A stretch of DNA of 64,000 nt from an uncultured Alphaproteobacteria bacterium (GTDB lineage Bacteria; Pseudomonadota; Alphaproteobacteria; Rhizobiales; Methyloligellaceae), in NCBI GenBank assembly GCA_963776235.1, contig CAVZLT010000038.1, positions 19,818-83,817 of the forward strand. Reading direction: 5' to 3'. The translations under genes and the position numbers were made by a program. Every line of letters starts with the position of its first letter. Within the stretch, counting starts at the first letter, position 1. The notes under the pieces are model-generated. The model was not told where the DNA came from and did not search any database. It was given only the letters and a program-made list of their open reading frames with translations. Of this stretch, positions 55,830 through 64,000 are shown piece by piece.

Positions 55830-56849
55830 ATGCGCCGGCAAAGTTCACCGTTCAAGCCGAGGCCACGCCGATCCTGGCGAGCCCCCGGTGAGTTGCTGAA
55901 TTTCACCCTCTACTTCCTCTGCGTGGTGCTGCTGGTGCTGAGCCGCATCGGCAATAACGCGGTCGTCGACCTGCGCGACCGCTTTATCGACCTGAGCGCG
56001 CCCTTGCTCGAAGCCTCAGCGGTGCCGGCCATCATGGGGCGGCATGCCCTGGCGCGCGTGCGCTCTTATGTCGGCATGATGGAAGAGATCGACCGGCTGA
56101 GGGCCGAGAACGATCAGCTCAAGCAATGGGAATGGCGCGCCAAGCTGCTCGAGCGCAACGAGGCGCATCTGCGTTCGCTGCTGAACGCGGTCGATGAGCC
56201 GGCCTTGCACTACGTCACCGGCAGCGTCATCGCCGACGCGCGCGGCCCATTCTTGCGTAGTGCCTTGGTCAATCTCGGGCGCGACGACGGCGTGCGGGTT
56301 GGCTACGCGGTGATCGATGGCGACGGATTGATCGGGCGGATCGTCGATGCCGGATCCTCGGTCGCCCGCGTGCTTCTGCTCAGCGACCTCAATAGCCGCA
56401 TCCCCGTATTGGTGGGGCCTGCGGGCATTCGCGCTCTCGTCTCGGGCGACAACTCAGCCGAGCTAAAGCTCGAGTTCCTGCCTGACGGTGCCTCGCTTTA
56501 CGCCGGCGACGAGGTCTATACCTCCGGCAGCGAGGGCGTGCTGCCGCGCGGCCTGCGGGTCGGCGTGGTGACGGGTGCCGATGGCGCCTTCAAGGTGCGC
56601 CCATACGCCGAGCTGAGCTCGCTCGATGTGGTGAGCGTGCTGTTCTTCGACACGCCGACCTTGACCAGCGCCGATCCGCCCGCGGTTTCGGCAGAGCGAG
56701 CACTCTCGGCGATGCCGGAAGACAAGCGAGCGCCTGATGCGGTCTCCGCGCCAAGCGCGGCCATCGAACCGGTCAGGAATCTCCTCGAACACACCGGCGC
56801 CGCCGGCGACCTCCCCCCGGCCGAAGGCATAGCGCAAGCCCAGCCATGA
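55830..56849 (+). CDS. mreC: Rod shape-determining protein MreC
   Basis: TM, coiled coil, GLIGRI, DLNSRIPV, TSG..GVLPRGL. Confidence 0.92.
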   Translation: MRRQSSPFKPRPRRSWRAPGELLNFTLYFLCVVLLVLSRIGNNAVVDLRDRFIDLSAPLLEASAVPAIMGRHALARVRSYVGMMEEIDRLRAENDQLKQWEWRAKLLERNEAHLRSLLNAVDEPALHYVTGSVIADARGPFLRSALVNLGRDDGVRVGYAVIDGDGLIGRIVDAGSSVARVLLLSDLNSRIPVLVGPAGIRALVSGDNSAELKLEFLPDGASLYAGDEVYTSGSEGVLPRGLRVGVVTGADGAFKVRPYAELSSLDVVSVLFFDTPTLTSADPPAVSAERALSAMPEDKRAPDAVSAPSAAIEPVRNLLEHTGAAGDLPPAEGIAQAQP

Positions 56850-57356
56850 ATGCGTCCCTGCCAGTCCTCTCGGTGCTGTTTGCGGTGTTGGCGACCGCGG
56901 TACCGTGGGGGCTTCCGCCTGACGCGACCTTCATCCTGCCGCTCGTCGTGGTGATGATGGTGTTTTGCTGGCGCGTGCTTCCAGGCGCCAACCTGCAACC
57001 TTACGTCGCCATGCTGCTTGGCCTTTTGACCGACGTGATGAGCGGGGGACCGCTCGGCTTCTGGGCGCTGATGGCCTTGACGGGTGCCATCGCCGGTGGC
57101 TTGACCCCGGCGCTCAGCGACGGACACGACATGAAGCGGCTTTGGCTGGTTTGGGCGGCGGTTGCAGGTCATCGTCGCGGGCCTAAGCTGGTTGCTCGCC
57201 TCGCTCTATTTCCTTCGCTGGATCGACACGCGGCCGATCGCCTTCGGCGCGCTCGCCTCCATTGCGCTCTTCCCGGTCGTGCTGCACGGGTTGCTATGGA
57301 TTAAGCGCGGGCGGCTCAAGCCCGGCCGGCGGATCATCTACGGGAGATGGACGTGA
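56846..57356 (+). CDS. mreD: Rod shape-determining protein MreD (apparent frameshift at ~57168)
   Basis: Hydrophobic, LGLLTDVMSGGPLG; between mreC and mrdA. Confidence 0.8.
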
Positions 57357-59230
57357 CGGGCTCGCGCGACGACAAAGCGCGCGAGGTCGCGCTCAAGCTG
57401 CGCCGCCGGTTTTCGCGGCGAGCCGTTCTGATCGCCGGCGGCCAAGCCGGGTTGTTCGGCCTGCTGCTGTGGCGGCTCCGCCAGTTGCAGATCCTCGACA
57501 CCTCGGAATATCGGCTGCTGTCGGACGAGAACCGCATGACCATGCAGCTCGTGGCGCCCGCACGCGGCTCGATCTACGACCGTATCGGCAGGGTCGTCGC
57601 CGAGGACAAGGAGAACTTTCGCATCGTCGTCGTGCCGGCCTTTTGCAAGGACCTCAAGGCGACGCTCGCCGCGGTCTCGCAGGTCGTGCACATTTCCGCC
57701 GCCGACAAGGACCGCGTGATGCGCGCGGCGCGGCGGCAGAGCGGCTATTTCCCCGTGCTCGTCACCGAGGGTCTCACTTGGCGCCAGTTCGCTCTGCTCA
57801 GCGTGCTGGCGCCGCGGCTTCCAGGCGTACGCGCCGACCGGGCGACCTATCGCCAGTACATGCATGGCAGCAGCATGGCGCATGTCGTCGGCTATGTCGG
57901 CATGGCCGATAAGTCGGAGGTCGACGAGGACCCGATGATGCGCGTGCCGGGCTTCCGCACCGGCAAGGCGGGAATCGAAAAGAGCTTCGATGCGGAGCTT
58001 AGGGGACAGCCCGGCACCATCAAATACGAGGTCGACGCCCATGGCCGCGTGGTGGGCCAGCTTGGCGCGACGCCGAGCGTGCGTGGCAAGGACATGGCTC
58101 TCACCATCGATCAGGAGCTGCAGGCGATCGCGCTGAAGCGGATCGAGGGCCTGCGTGTCGCCTCCATCGTCGTGCTCGACGCGGTGACGGGCGCGATTCT
58201 GGTGCTGGCCTCTTACCCCACGTTCGATCCCAACGACATGTCCTTCAGGGTGAATCTGGACCGATGGAAGGAGCTCGCCAGAAACAAGGATCATCCCTTG
58301 GAGAATTGCGCGCTGCGCGGCGTCTATCCGCCGGGCTCGACCTTCAAGGTGGTGACCGCTCTCGCCGGGCTTGAAGCCGGCGTCATCACGGCCGACGAGC
58401 ACATGACGTGCCCGGGCGCCTACATGTTCGGTCGCCATCGTTTCCGCTGCTGGAAGCGACACGGTCCCGGCATCGACGTGCATCAAGCGATCAAGCAGTC
58501 TTGCGACGTCTATTTCTATGAGACGGCAAATCGGCTCGGCATCGATCGCCTCGCCGCCACGGCGCGGGCGCTCGGCCTCGGTCAGATTCACGATCTCGGC
58601 CTGGTGGGCCAGAAGCAGGCCATCATTCCCGACACGGCCTGGAAGAAGAAGACCTTGCGGCAACCTTGGTATCCCGGCGAGACCATCAGCTGCGGCATCG
58701 GCCAAGGCTATGTCTCGGCCACGCCGCTTCAGCTCGCGGTCGTGGCGGCGCGCATCGCCACGGGCAGGGCCGTCTCGCCCCACTTGATCGCCAAGTCCGA
58801 CAATGCGCCGGAGCCGGCTCTGCTCAATGTCGATCCGGTGCATCTCGAGCTCGTCCGCGCCGGCATGGTTGCCGTCGTCAACGAGCCGGGCGGGACGGCG
58901 GTGCGCTCGGCGCTGGCTATCCCCGACGTGCAGATGGCGGGAAAGACCGGCACCTCTCAGGTGATCAGCGCGAGGAACCGCGGCTTTCTCAAGGGCTGGG
59001 AAGGGGAGACGCACGCTTTGTTCATCGCCTTCGCCCCGGTCGGCGCGCCGCGTTACGCCGCGGCCTGCGTCGTCGAGCATGGCGGCGGCGGATCGCATGC
59101 GGCGGCTCCCGTCGTAAAGGACGTGATGACCGAGATATTGTTGCGCGACCCTGCCGCCCGGCCCGGCTTCTTCGCCAGCAATCAACCGGCCAATTCTCCG
59201 GCCCTCGCCGCGGCGGAGTCGCCGGAATGA
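57347..59230 (+). CDS. mrdA: Penicillin-binding protein 2
   Basis: ARGSIYDR, PGSTFK (SxxK), SCD, KTG, VEHGGGG. Confidence 0.94.
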   Translation: MDVTGSRDDKAREVALKLRRRFSRRAVLIAGGQAGLFGLLLWRLRQLQILDTSEYRLLSDENRMTMQLVAPARGSIYDRIGRVVAEDKENFRIVVVPAFCKDLKATLAAVSQVVHISAADKDRVMRAARRQSGYFPVLVTEGLTWRQFALLSVLAPRLPGVRADRATYRQYMHGSSMAHVVGYVGMADKSEVDEDPMMRVPGFRTGKAGIEKSFDAELRGQPGTIKYEVDAHGRVVGQLGATPSVRGKDMALTIDQELQAIALKRIEGLRVASIVVLDAVTGAILVLASYPTFDPNDMSFRVNLDRWKELARNKDHPLENCALRGVYPPGSTFKVVTALAGLEAGVITADEHMTCPGAYMFGRHRFRCWKRHGPGIDVHQAIKQSCDVYFYETANRLGIDRLAATARALGLGQIHDLGLVGQKQAIIPDTAWKKKTLRQPWYPGETISCGIGQGYVSATPLQLAVVAARIATGRAVSPHLIAKSDNAPEPALLNVDPVHLELVRAGMVAVVNEPGGTAVRSALAIPDVQMAGKTGTSQVISARNRGFLKGWEGETHALFIAFAPVGAPRYAAACVVEHGGGGSHAAAPVVKDVMTEILLRDPAARPGFFASNQPANSPALAAAESPE

Positions 59231-60384
59231 AAGCTCTGTTCGCCGAGGGCGTCGAGCGGCCCCAGCTTCTCCTCAAGAAGAAGCTCGTGCTGATCAACTG
59301 GCCGTTCCTGGCGCTCATCACCGCCATCACCCTGGTCGGCGTCGCCGCGCTGTATTCGGTGGCGGGAGGCTCGCTCGAGCCTTGGGCGAGCCGGCATGTG
59401 GTGCGCTATTGCCTGGGGCTCGGTCTGCTCTTCGTCGTCGCGCTCTCCGACATCCGCTGGTGGCTTCGCGCGGCCTATCCGCTCTATGTCCTTGCGCTCA
59501 TCATGCTTGCGCTGGTGATCGTCATCGGCGTGGAGAGCGGCGGGGCCAAGCGCTGGCTCGGTTACGGCGAAATGAGCTTCCAGCCGACCGAGATGATGAA
59601 GATCGCGCTCGTGCTGGCGCTTGCCCGTTACTACCAATGGCTTCCGCCCAACCGCGTGTCATGGCCGCATGCGGTGCTGCCGCCGCTGCTGATGATCGGC
59701 GCGCCGGCTCTGCTCGCGCTCGATCAGCCCGATCTCGGCACCGCGGCCTTGTTCGGCATTGTCGGCGGCGGCCTCCTCTTCCTCGCGGGTGTGAGCTGGA
59801 TCTATTTCGCCGGCGCCTTGGTCGGCGTCATCGTCGTGCTGCCGCATGTCTGGGAGCGGCTGCATGATTATCAGAAGGAGCGCATCCTCACTTTCATCGA
59901 CCCCGACCGCGATCCGCTCGGCTCGGGCTATCACATCCTGCAATCCAAGATCGCCATCGGCTCCGGCGGCTTGACCGGCAAGGGCTACATGCAGGGGACG
60001 CAGACCCAGCTCAATTTCCTTCCGGAGAAGCACACCGACTTCATCTTCACGATGTTCTCCGAGGAGATGGGCTTTATCGGCTCGGTCGTCCTGCTTGCGC
60101 TCTACCTTCTCGTCCTGCTGTTCATCACCTATATGGCGCTCAGATGCCGCAGCACCTTCCCGCGGCTGGTGGCTGCCGGCATGGGACTTTGCCTGTTCGC
60201 CTATGTGTTCATCAACGTGGCGATGGTGACGGGGCTGGTGCCGGTGGTCGGTGTGCCGCTGCCGCTGGTCTCCTACGGGGGCACCTCGATGCTGACCATG
60301 ATGATCGGCCTGGGCTTCGTGCTCAACGCCCATGTCAACCGCGAGACGCGCATCAGGCGGGAGGAGCTTGGGCCGTTCTGGTGA
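59227..60384 (+). CDS. rodA: SEDS glycosyltransferase RodA
   Basis: GAKRWL, FQPTEMMK, QPDLGT, LPEKHTDFIF, PLVSYGG. Confidence 0.95.
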   Translation: MKALFAEGVERPQLLLKKKLVLINWPFLALITAITLVGVAALYSVAGGSLEPWASRHVVRYCLGLGLLFVVALSDIRWWLRAAYPLYVLALIMLALVIVIGVESGGAKRWLGYGEMSFQPTEMMKIALVLALARYYQWLPPNRVSWPHAVLPPLLMIGAPALLALDQPDLGTAALFGIVGGGLLFLAGVSWIYFAGALVGVIVVLPHVWERLHDYQKERILTFIDPDRDPLGSGYHILQSKIAIGSGGLTGKGYMQGTQTQLNFLPEKHTDFIFTMFSEEMGFIGSVVLLALYLLVLLFITYMALRCRSTFPRLVAAGMGLCLFAYVFINVAMVTGLVPVVGVPLPLVSYGGTSMLTMMIGLGFVLNAHVNRETRIRREELGPFW

Positions 60385-60514
60385 GGGCATTGGACGTTGC
60401 GGCCGACTCTGGACAGGCCGGACAGCGGGGCAGGGTAGGGGGAGCACCCTTGGGGTGGACCTCAGTCGAAACACCCCTAGATGCGCCTTGCCAGACCGAG
60501 GCGGCATAGCTTTA

Positions 60515-60590
<76 letters not shown>

Positions 60591-60673
60591 GCCTTCGCCG
60601 CGCGGCAGCGGAGGCTGCCACGCCATAACGCGAAGGCGGCACCTGATCGCCAGGCAAGCACGGTTGAGAGGCC

Positions 60674-60945
60674 ATGACAAAGGCAGCCAACTCTGCGCAT
60701 TGGCTGTCGTCCTCACGTTCGCCCTCAGCCTTCCTGCTGCCGCCACCGAAGGCGAGTTCGACGATAACTGCGTGATGGGGCTCGCGCTCGGCAAGGAGAT
60801 CAAGACCGACTGCTCGGTCAACACCGTCTATGCCGGCAAGACCTATTGCTTCGGCAACGAGACGGCCAAGCAGCTCTTCCTCAAGAAGCCCGACGAGTTC
60901 CTGCTGAAAGCCCAGATTTTCTATTCCAGCAAGCCGCCGCAATAG
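60674..60945 (+). CDS. Small secreted YHS-like protein (start ATG one base out of frame, or TTG 60664)
   Basis: Signal peptide, GEFDDNCVMGLA, GKTYCFGNE..K..F.K.P. Confidence 0.65.
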
Positions 60946-60976
60946 CCGGCGAGTTTCCTCATAACCCTGCAACACG

Positions 60977-61068
60977 GTCATGGCCGGGCTTGTCCCGGCC
61001 ATCCACGATTTCATCGCGTTGAATGAGTGAAAGACGTGGATGCCCGGCACAAGGCCGGGCATGACGGA
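60977..61068. repeat. CGTC-type REP-like inverted dimer
   Basis: Arms nearly identical to 47988..48085 with a different spacer; between convergent genes. Confidence 0.85.
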
Positions 61069-61082
61069 TTCAAATTTTGAGC

Positions 61083-61910
61083 TTAAGAGCCGCTCGGCTC
61101 GGACTGCGCGGCGAACTTGGTGCCGTCGGTGTCGGTAATGGCGACGTCGAGGCTGTTGTCGGCGCCGCGGCCGAAGGTGAAGCGGAAATTCGGATTGGTC
61201 GAGATCGAGAAGGTCCCGTCCATGTCGAACACCAGCTCGCCGCCGCGCTTCACGATCATCTGGTCGACGTAACGCGCCGGGATGACGTTGGCCGTATTGA
61301 TGTCGAGCTGCATCCCGTTCGAGTTCGGGTGCTTGATCATCACCTGAGCCGACCAGATCGGGCTTGCGTCAAGCGCCGGCGGAAAGGTCTTCACGATCAT
61401 CTTGCCGAGATCGACGGTCTCTGAGTCGGGGTCCTTGGCCTGCATCGCCCCGCAGCCTCCGGCGGCCGCGACGAATTTGCTCGCCATATGCAGCACCCCG
61501 TCCTCGGTCTCGAGCACCGCCCGCACATAGGAGAAATTGTCGATGCGCACGCGGGTGGAGAAGCTGCGTTCGCCGCCTTTGCCTTGGGCGGGACCGAAGT
61601 GAAGCGTCGCCACTTTCGGATCGGGGTTCTTGTCGATGAAGATGGTCAGCGATTTGAGGTTCTGCGCCACCCGTGGCGGCACGCGCACGGTCAACGGCAC
61701 CAGCGCCGCGTCTTCGGCCGTCCCAGGAATTTCGAGCACGACCATGCCGTCTTCGGCCTGGATGGCACGATCGCCGAAAGTCTGTTGCTTGAGCGTGGGC
61801 CAGACATCCTCATCCGCCTTCGCGGCCTGGCCGAGCAGGAGCAGGGTAGCGAGCGCGGCAGCGCCGGCGGCGTAGCCCAGACGCGTCAGGGTAAGGGGCA
61901 TGGCAACCAT
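61083..61910 (-). CDS. Fused SoxY-SoxZ-like carrier (quinoprotein dehydrogenase-associated type)
   Basis: Signal peptide, AEDAALVP, IDKNPDP, STRVRI, internal AGGCG, IKHPNSNGMQ, SISTNP. Confidence 0.85.
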   Translation of the reverse strand: MVAMPLTLTRLGYAAGAAALATLLLLGQAAKADEDVWPTLKQQTFGDRAIQAEDGMVVLEIPGTAEDAALVPLTVRVPPRVAQNLKSLTIFIDKNPDPKVATLHFGPAQGKGGERSFSTRVRIDNFSYVRAVLETEDGVLHMASKFVAAAGGCGAMQAKDPDSETVDLGKMIVKTFPPALDASPIWSAQVMIKHPNSNGMQLDINTANVIPARYVDQMIVKRGGELVFDMDGTFSISTNPNFRFTFGRGADNSLDVAITDTDGTKFAAQSEPSGS

Positions 61911-61936
61911 CCTCTTGCGATCTGCCGAGCATCATA

Positions 61937-62938
61937 TCACTCCCATTCCAGTTCGGCGAATGCCGCGGTGACGTTGCGGACATGATAGTGGTCGAACAGC
62001 TTCCAGGCGTCGCGCTCGGAAAAGCCCGCGGTCTTGGTGGCGTCTTCCAAGGTCTTGCCGTCCTTGATCAATTTTCTGACATCGGCGGCGATCGTGGCGA
62101 GGTAGCGCTGCTCGGGCGTGAGCGCCTCGGGCAGCTCCATGGCATGCGGTCCGTGCCCCGGCACGACGCGCGCGGCCTTCTTCTGGGCGAGGTCGTCGAG
62201 CAGGGCGAGCCAGCCTTTGATCGAGCCGTCAAGCGTCGGCACATGCACCGAGAACAGGAGATCGCCGAGGAACAGCGTGTCGGTTGCCGTGTCGGTGATG
62301 GTGAGATCGTTGTCGGTATGGGCGGTCCGTTGCGTCTCCAGCACGAGGCTGCGCCCGCCGAGATCGAGCGTCGTGCTCGTCTCCACGGCAAGCGTTGGCA
62401 GAATGACCTCGATTCCCTCGAATGCCGCATCGCCAAGCATCGTCTTGTTGATGGCAAGATAGCGCTCGGCGCGTGAGCCGAGGCCGCGCGCAAGCTTGTA
62501 GTGGCCGACAAAAGTCGGATTGTCCTGCTTGAACGCCGCGTTGCCGAACACGTGGTCGGGATGCATGTGGGTGTTGATCACGTAGCGGATCGGCTTGTCG
62601 GTCACGGCGCGAATCGCGGCTCTGAGCTCGCGGCCGGCCACCGCGCTGCCGAGCGTGTCGATGACGGCGACCGAATCGGTTCCCACCACGAAGCTCGCAT
62701 TCGCCATGTCGCCGCGATTCTCGGGCGACTGCAGCTCATAGCGCCCTTGATGCACGAACACGCCGGGGGCGATCTCGCTCACCTCAAGCCCCTCGGCCGC
62801 CTCCGCCGGCACAAAACGCAAGAGCGGGGACGCCGCGAGCGCGAGAGCTGCCCGCAGGAAATCCTGCCGCGAGATCTGGCACGGGACGCAGCATAGGCCG
62901 TGTGGCGGGAGTTTCGTCATCGGCGGCGCCGGAGACAT
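61937..62938 (-). CDS. MBL-fold zinc metallohydrolase (quinoprotein relay/SoxH-like type)
   Basis: THMHPDH, AHTDND, GDL, VPGHG, C-terminal AELEWE; start may be 62920. Confidence 0.85.
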   Translation of the reverse strand: MSPAPPMTKLPPHGLCCVPCQISRQDFLRAALALAASPLLRFVPAEAAEGLEVSEIAPGVFVHQGRYELQSPENRGDMANASFVVGTDSVAVIDTLGSAVAGRELRAAIRAVTDKPIRYVINTHMHPDHVFGNAAFKQDNPTFVGHYKLARGLGSRAERYLAINKTMLGDAAFEGIEVILPTLAVETSTTLDLGGRSLVLETQRTAHTDNDLTITDTATDTLFLGDLLFSVHVPTLDGSIKGWLALLDDLAQKKAARVVPGHGPHAMELPEALTPEQRYLATIAADVRKLIKDGKTLEDATKTAGFSERDAWKLFDHYHVRNVTAAFAELEWE

Positions 62939-63048
62939 GCAGGCGGCGAAGTGGCGTCCGGGGGAACGCCGAGCCGCGCCTTGCGTTCTTGATTCATGCC
63001 GGCGTCGTCAGAGGCGCCACCTGAACTGCTCATTGAAGGAGAAATCCT

Positions 63049-63297
63049 ATGAAATACGCATTGACAGGCTTAGCCGCGGCTGTGGCTCTGGCCGCGGTTG
63101 CGCTCACCCCAGCGACCGCCGACGCCGGGTGGCGTGGCGGATATTGGGGCGGCGGTTGGGGCCCCGGCTTCGGCATTTATGTGGGTCCGCGCCCTTATTA
63201 TCGCAACTATGGATATGGTTACGGCTATCGTCCCTATTACGGTTATGACCGTTACTCCTACCGCTATGGGCCCCGCTGGCATCACCGCTGGTATTAA
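63049..63297 (+). CDS. Secreted Gly/Tyr/Arg-rich small protein
   Basis: AAGGAG RBS, signal peptide ending ADA, low-complexity mature part. Confidence 0.8.
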   Translation: MKYALTGLAAAVALAAVALTPATADAGWRGGYWGGGWGPGFGIYVGPRPYYRNYGYGYGYRPYYGYDRYSYRYGPRWHHRWY

Positions 63298-63395
63298 ACC
63301 CCGCGAAGCCGCCTCCCGGGGGCGTAAAGCCTGCCGGGAGGGGCCCCGCCGCATCGGCTGGGCCGGAACGCTTACGTGACGCCTGAATGAAATCA

Positions 63396-63422
63396 GGGCC
63401 TGGTTTTCCACCGGCCCTTTTT
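63396..63422 (+). terminator. Putative intrinsic terminator
   Basis: GGGCCTGG-tttt-CCAccGGCCC-TTTTT. Confidence 0.5.
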
Positions 63423-63474
63423 GTTTGCCCTCCATTCGTATACTTTACGCCGGCGTGAAAGGGAGGGTGCCCGA

Positions 63475-63672
63475 ATGCGAATTCTTCTCATTTTGCTTGT
63501 GATTATCGCCGTCTTTGTCGTGGTTCAAGCGAAGCGGCATGGCTGCAAATACGACGCAACCTTGATCAATTGCGTCCTCGGCAAAGCGGAAACGCCGACC
63601 GCCGAGACGCCGCCGCCACCACCGCCACCGCCAGCCGAAACGCCAGCGCCAGCAGCGCCGCCGGCTCAGTAG
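63475..63672 (+). CDS. Small membrane-anchored Pro-rich protein
   Basis: GGAGG RBS, hydrophobic N-terminus, two Cys, AETP repeats and poly-Pro. Confidence 0.6.
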   Translation: MRILLILLVIIAVFVVVQAKRHGCKYDATLINCVLGKAETPTAETPPPPPPPPAETPAPAAPPAQ

Positions 63673-63920
63673 GCTTCGATTCGGTCTATTGCAAAGCCAA
63701 GCCGCGCGCGCCGGGGGGCGTGCGCGGCCTCTTCAATTGCGGCTGCTAATGCTTCGCCCAGCGAATAGGCAAGCTCAGCTGCGTGGTTCATTAAACCTTC
63801 ATTTGATTTACCGGGGTCATTTCAGGTCGTGCCATTGACAGAAGCTGGTCGGCCCGAAACTATCCCTTGCACTAGGGGCCGTTACGGGCGCCTTTTCACT
63901 TCGAACGACACGATCGCCCG

Positions 63921-64000
63921 ATGACCTCCCGAAAATACGCTGAGAAAGCTGCCGCCGCGCTTGGTAAGATGCTGCAGGCCGGCACCGATTCCGGCAAAGT
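63921..64000 (+). CDS. Possible 5' end of a gene cut by the window edge
   Basis: Open frame MTSRKYAEKAAAALGKMLQAG.. downstream of a TTGACA at 63835. Confidence 0.3.
   Translation, partial: MTSRKYAEKAAAALGKMLQAGTDSGK

Noticed and set aside
60452-60477. Hairpin GGGGTG-GAC-CTCA-GTC-GAAA-CACCCC before tRNA-Lys as a ribozyme fragment
   Set aside because: No CUGANGA core; more likely an ordinary intergenic hairpin
61083-62938. Thiosulfate-oxidising Sox pathway
   Set aside because: SoxY and SoxZ are fused with an internal GGCG, and soxA/X/B/C/D are absent from the window

Overview
GC-rich core chromosome of an alphaproteobacterium; gene content and order suggest Hyphomicrobiales, possibly Methyloceanibacter/Hyphomicrobiaceae-like (inference). 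In order: end of the dcw cluster (ddl-ftsQ-ftsA-ftsZ-lpxC-bamD-recN-ligA); a minus-strand run uvrD to DUF3754-prmA-pepP-DUF1272-SemiSWEET; hemolysin-III protein, FAD oxidase, AsmA protein, fumC, HWE kinase, glutaminase-STAS-cNMP; sspB with a permuted two-piece tmRNA; thyA-folA-hflKC-degP-miaA; two tandem kup genes; ilvB-yqhA-ilvN-ilvC; ABC-F, COG4705 protein, leuA; a complete mreBCD-mrdA-rodA operon; tRNA-Lys(CTT); and a SoxYZ-like/metallo-hydrolase module. About 12 single-base frameshifts, several in essential genes, point to sequencing indels rather than pseudogenes. I see no CRISPR array, prophage or transposase, and nothing I can establish as a new system. Best leads: an unexplained ~500-nt structured intergenic region (51.8-52.3 kb), a kup paralog lacking a conserved acidic residue, the SoxYZ-like module with flanking small secreted proteins, a low-GC3 patch inside fumC, attenuator-like leaders of ilvB and leuA, and an elongasome in an order where many members lack MreB.
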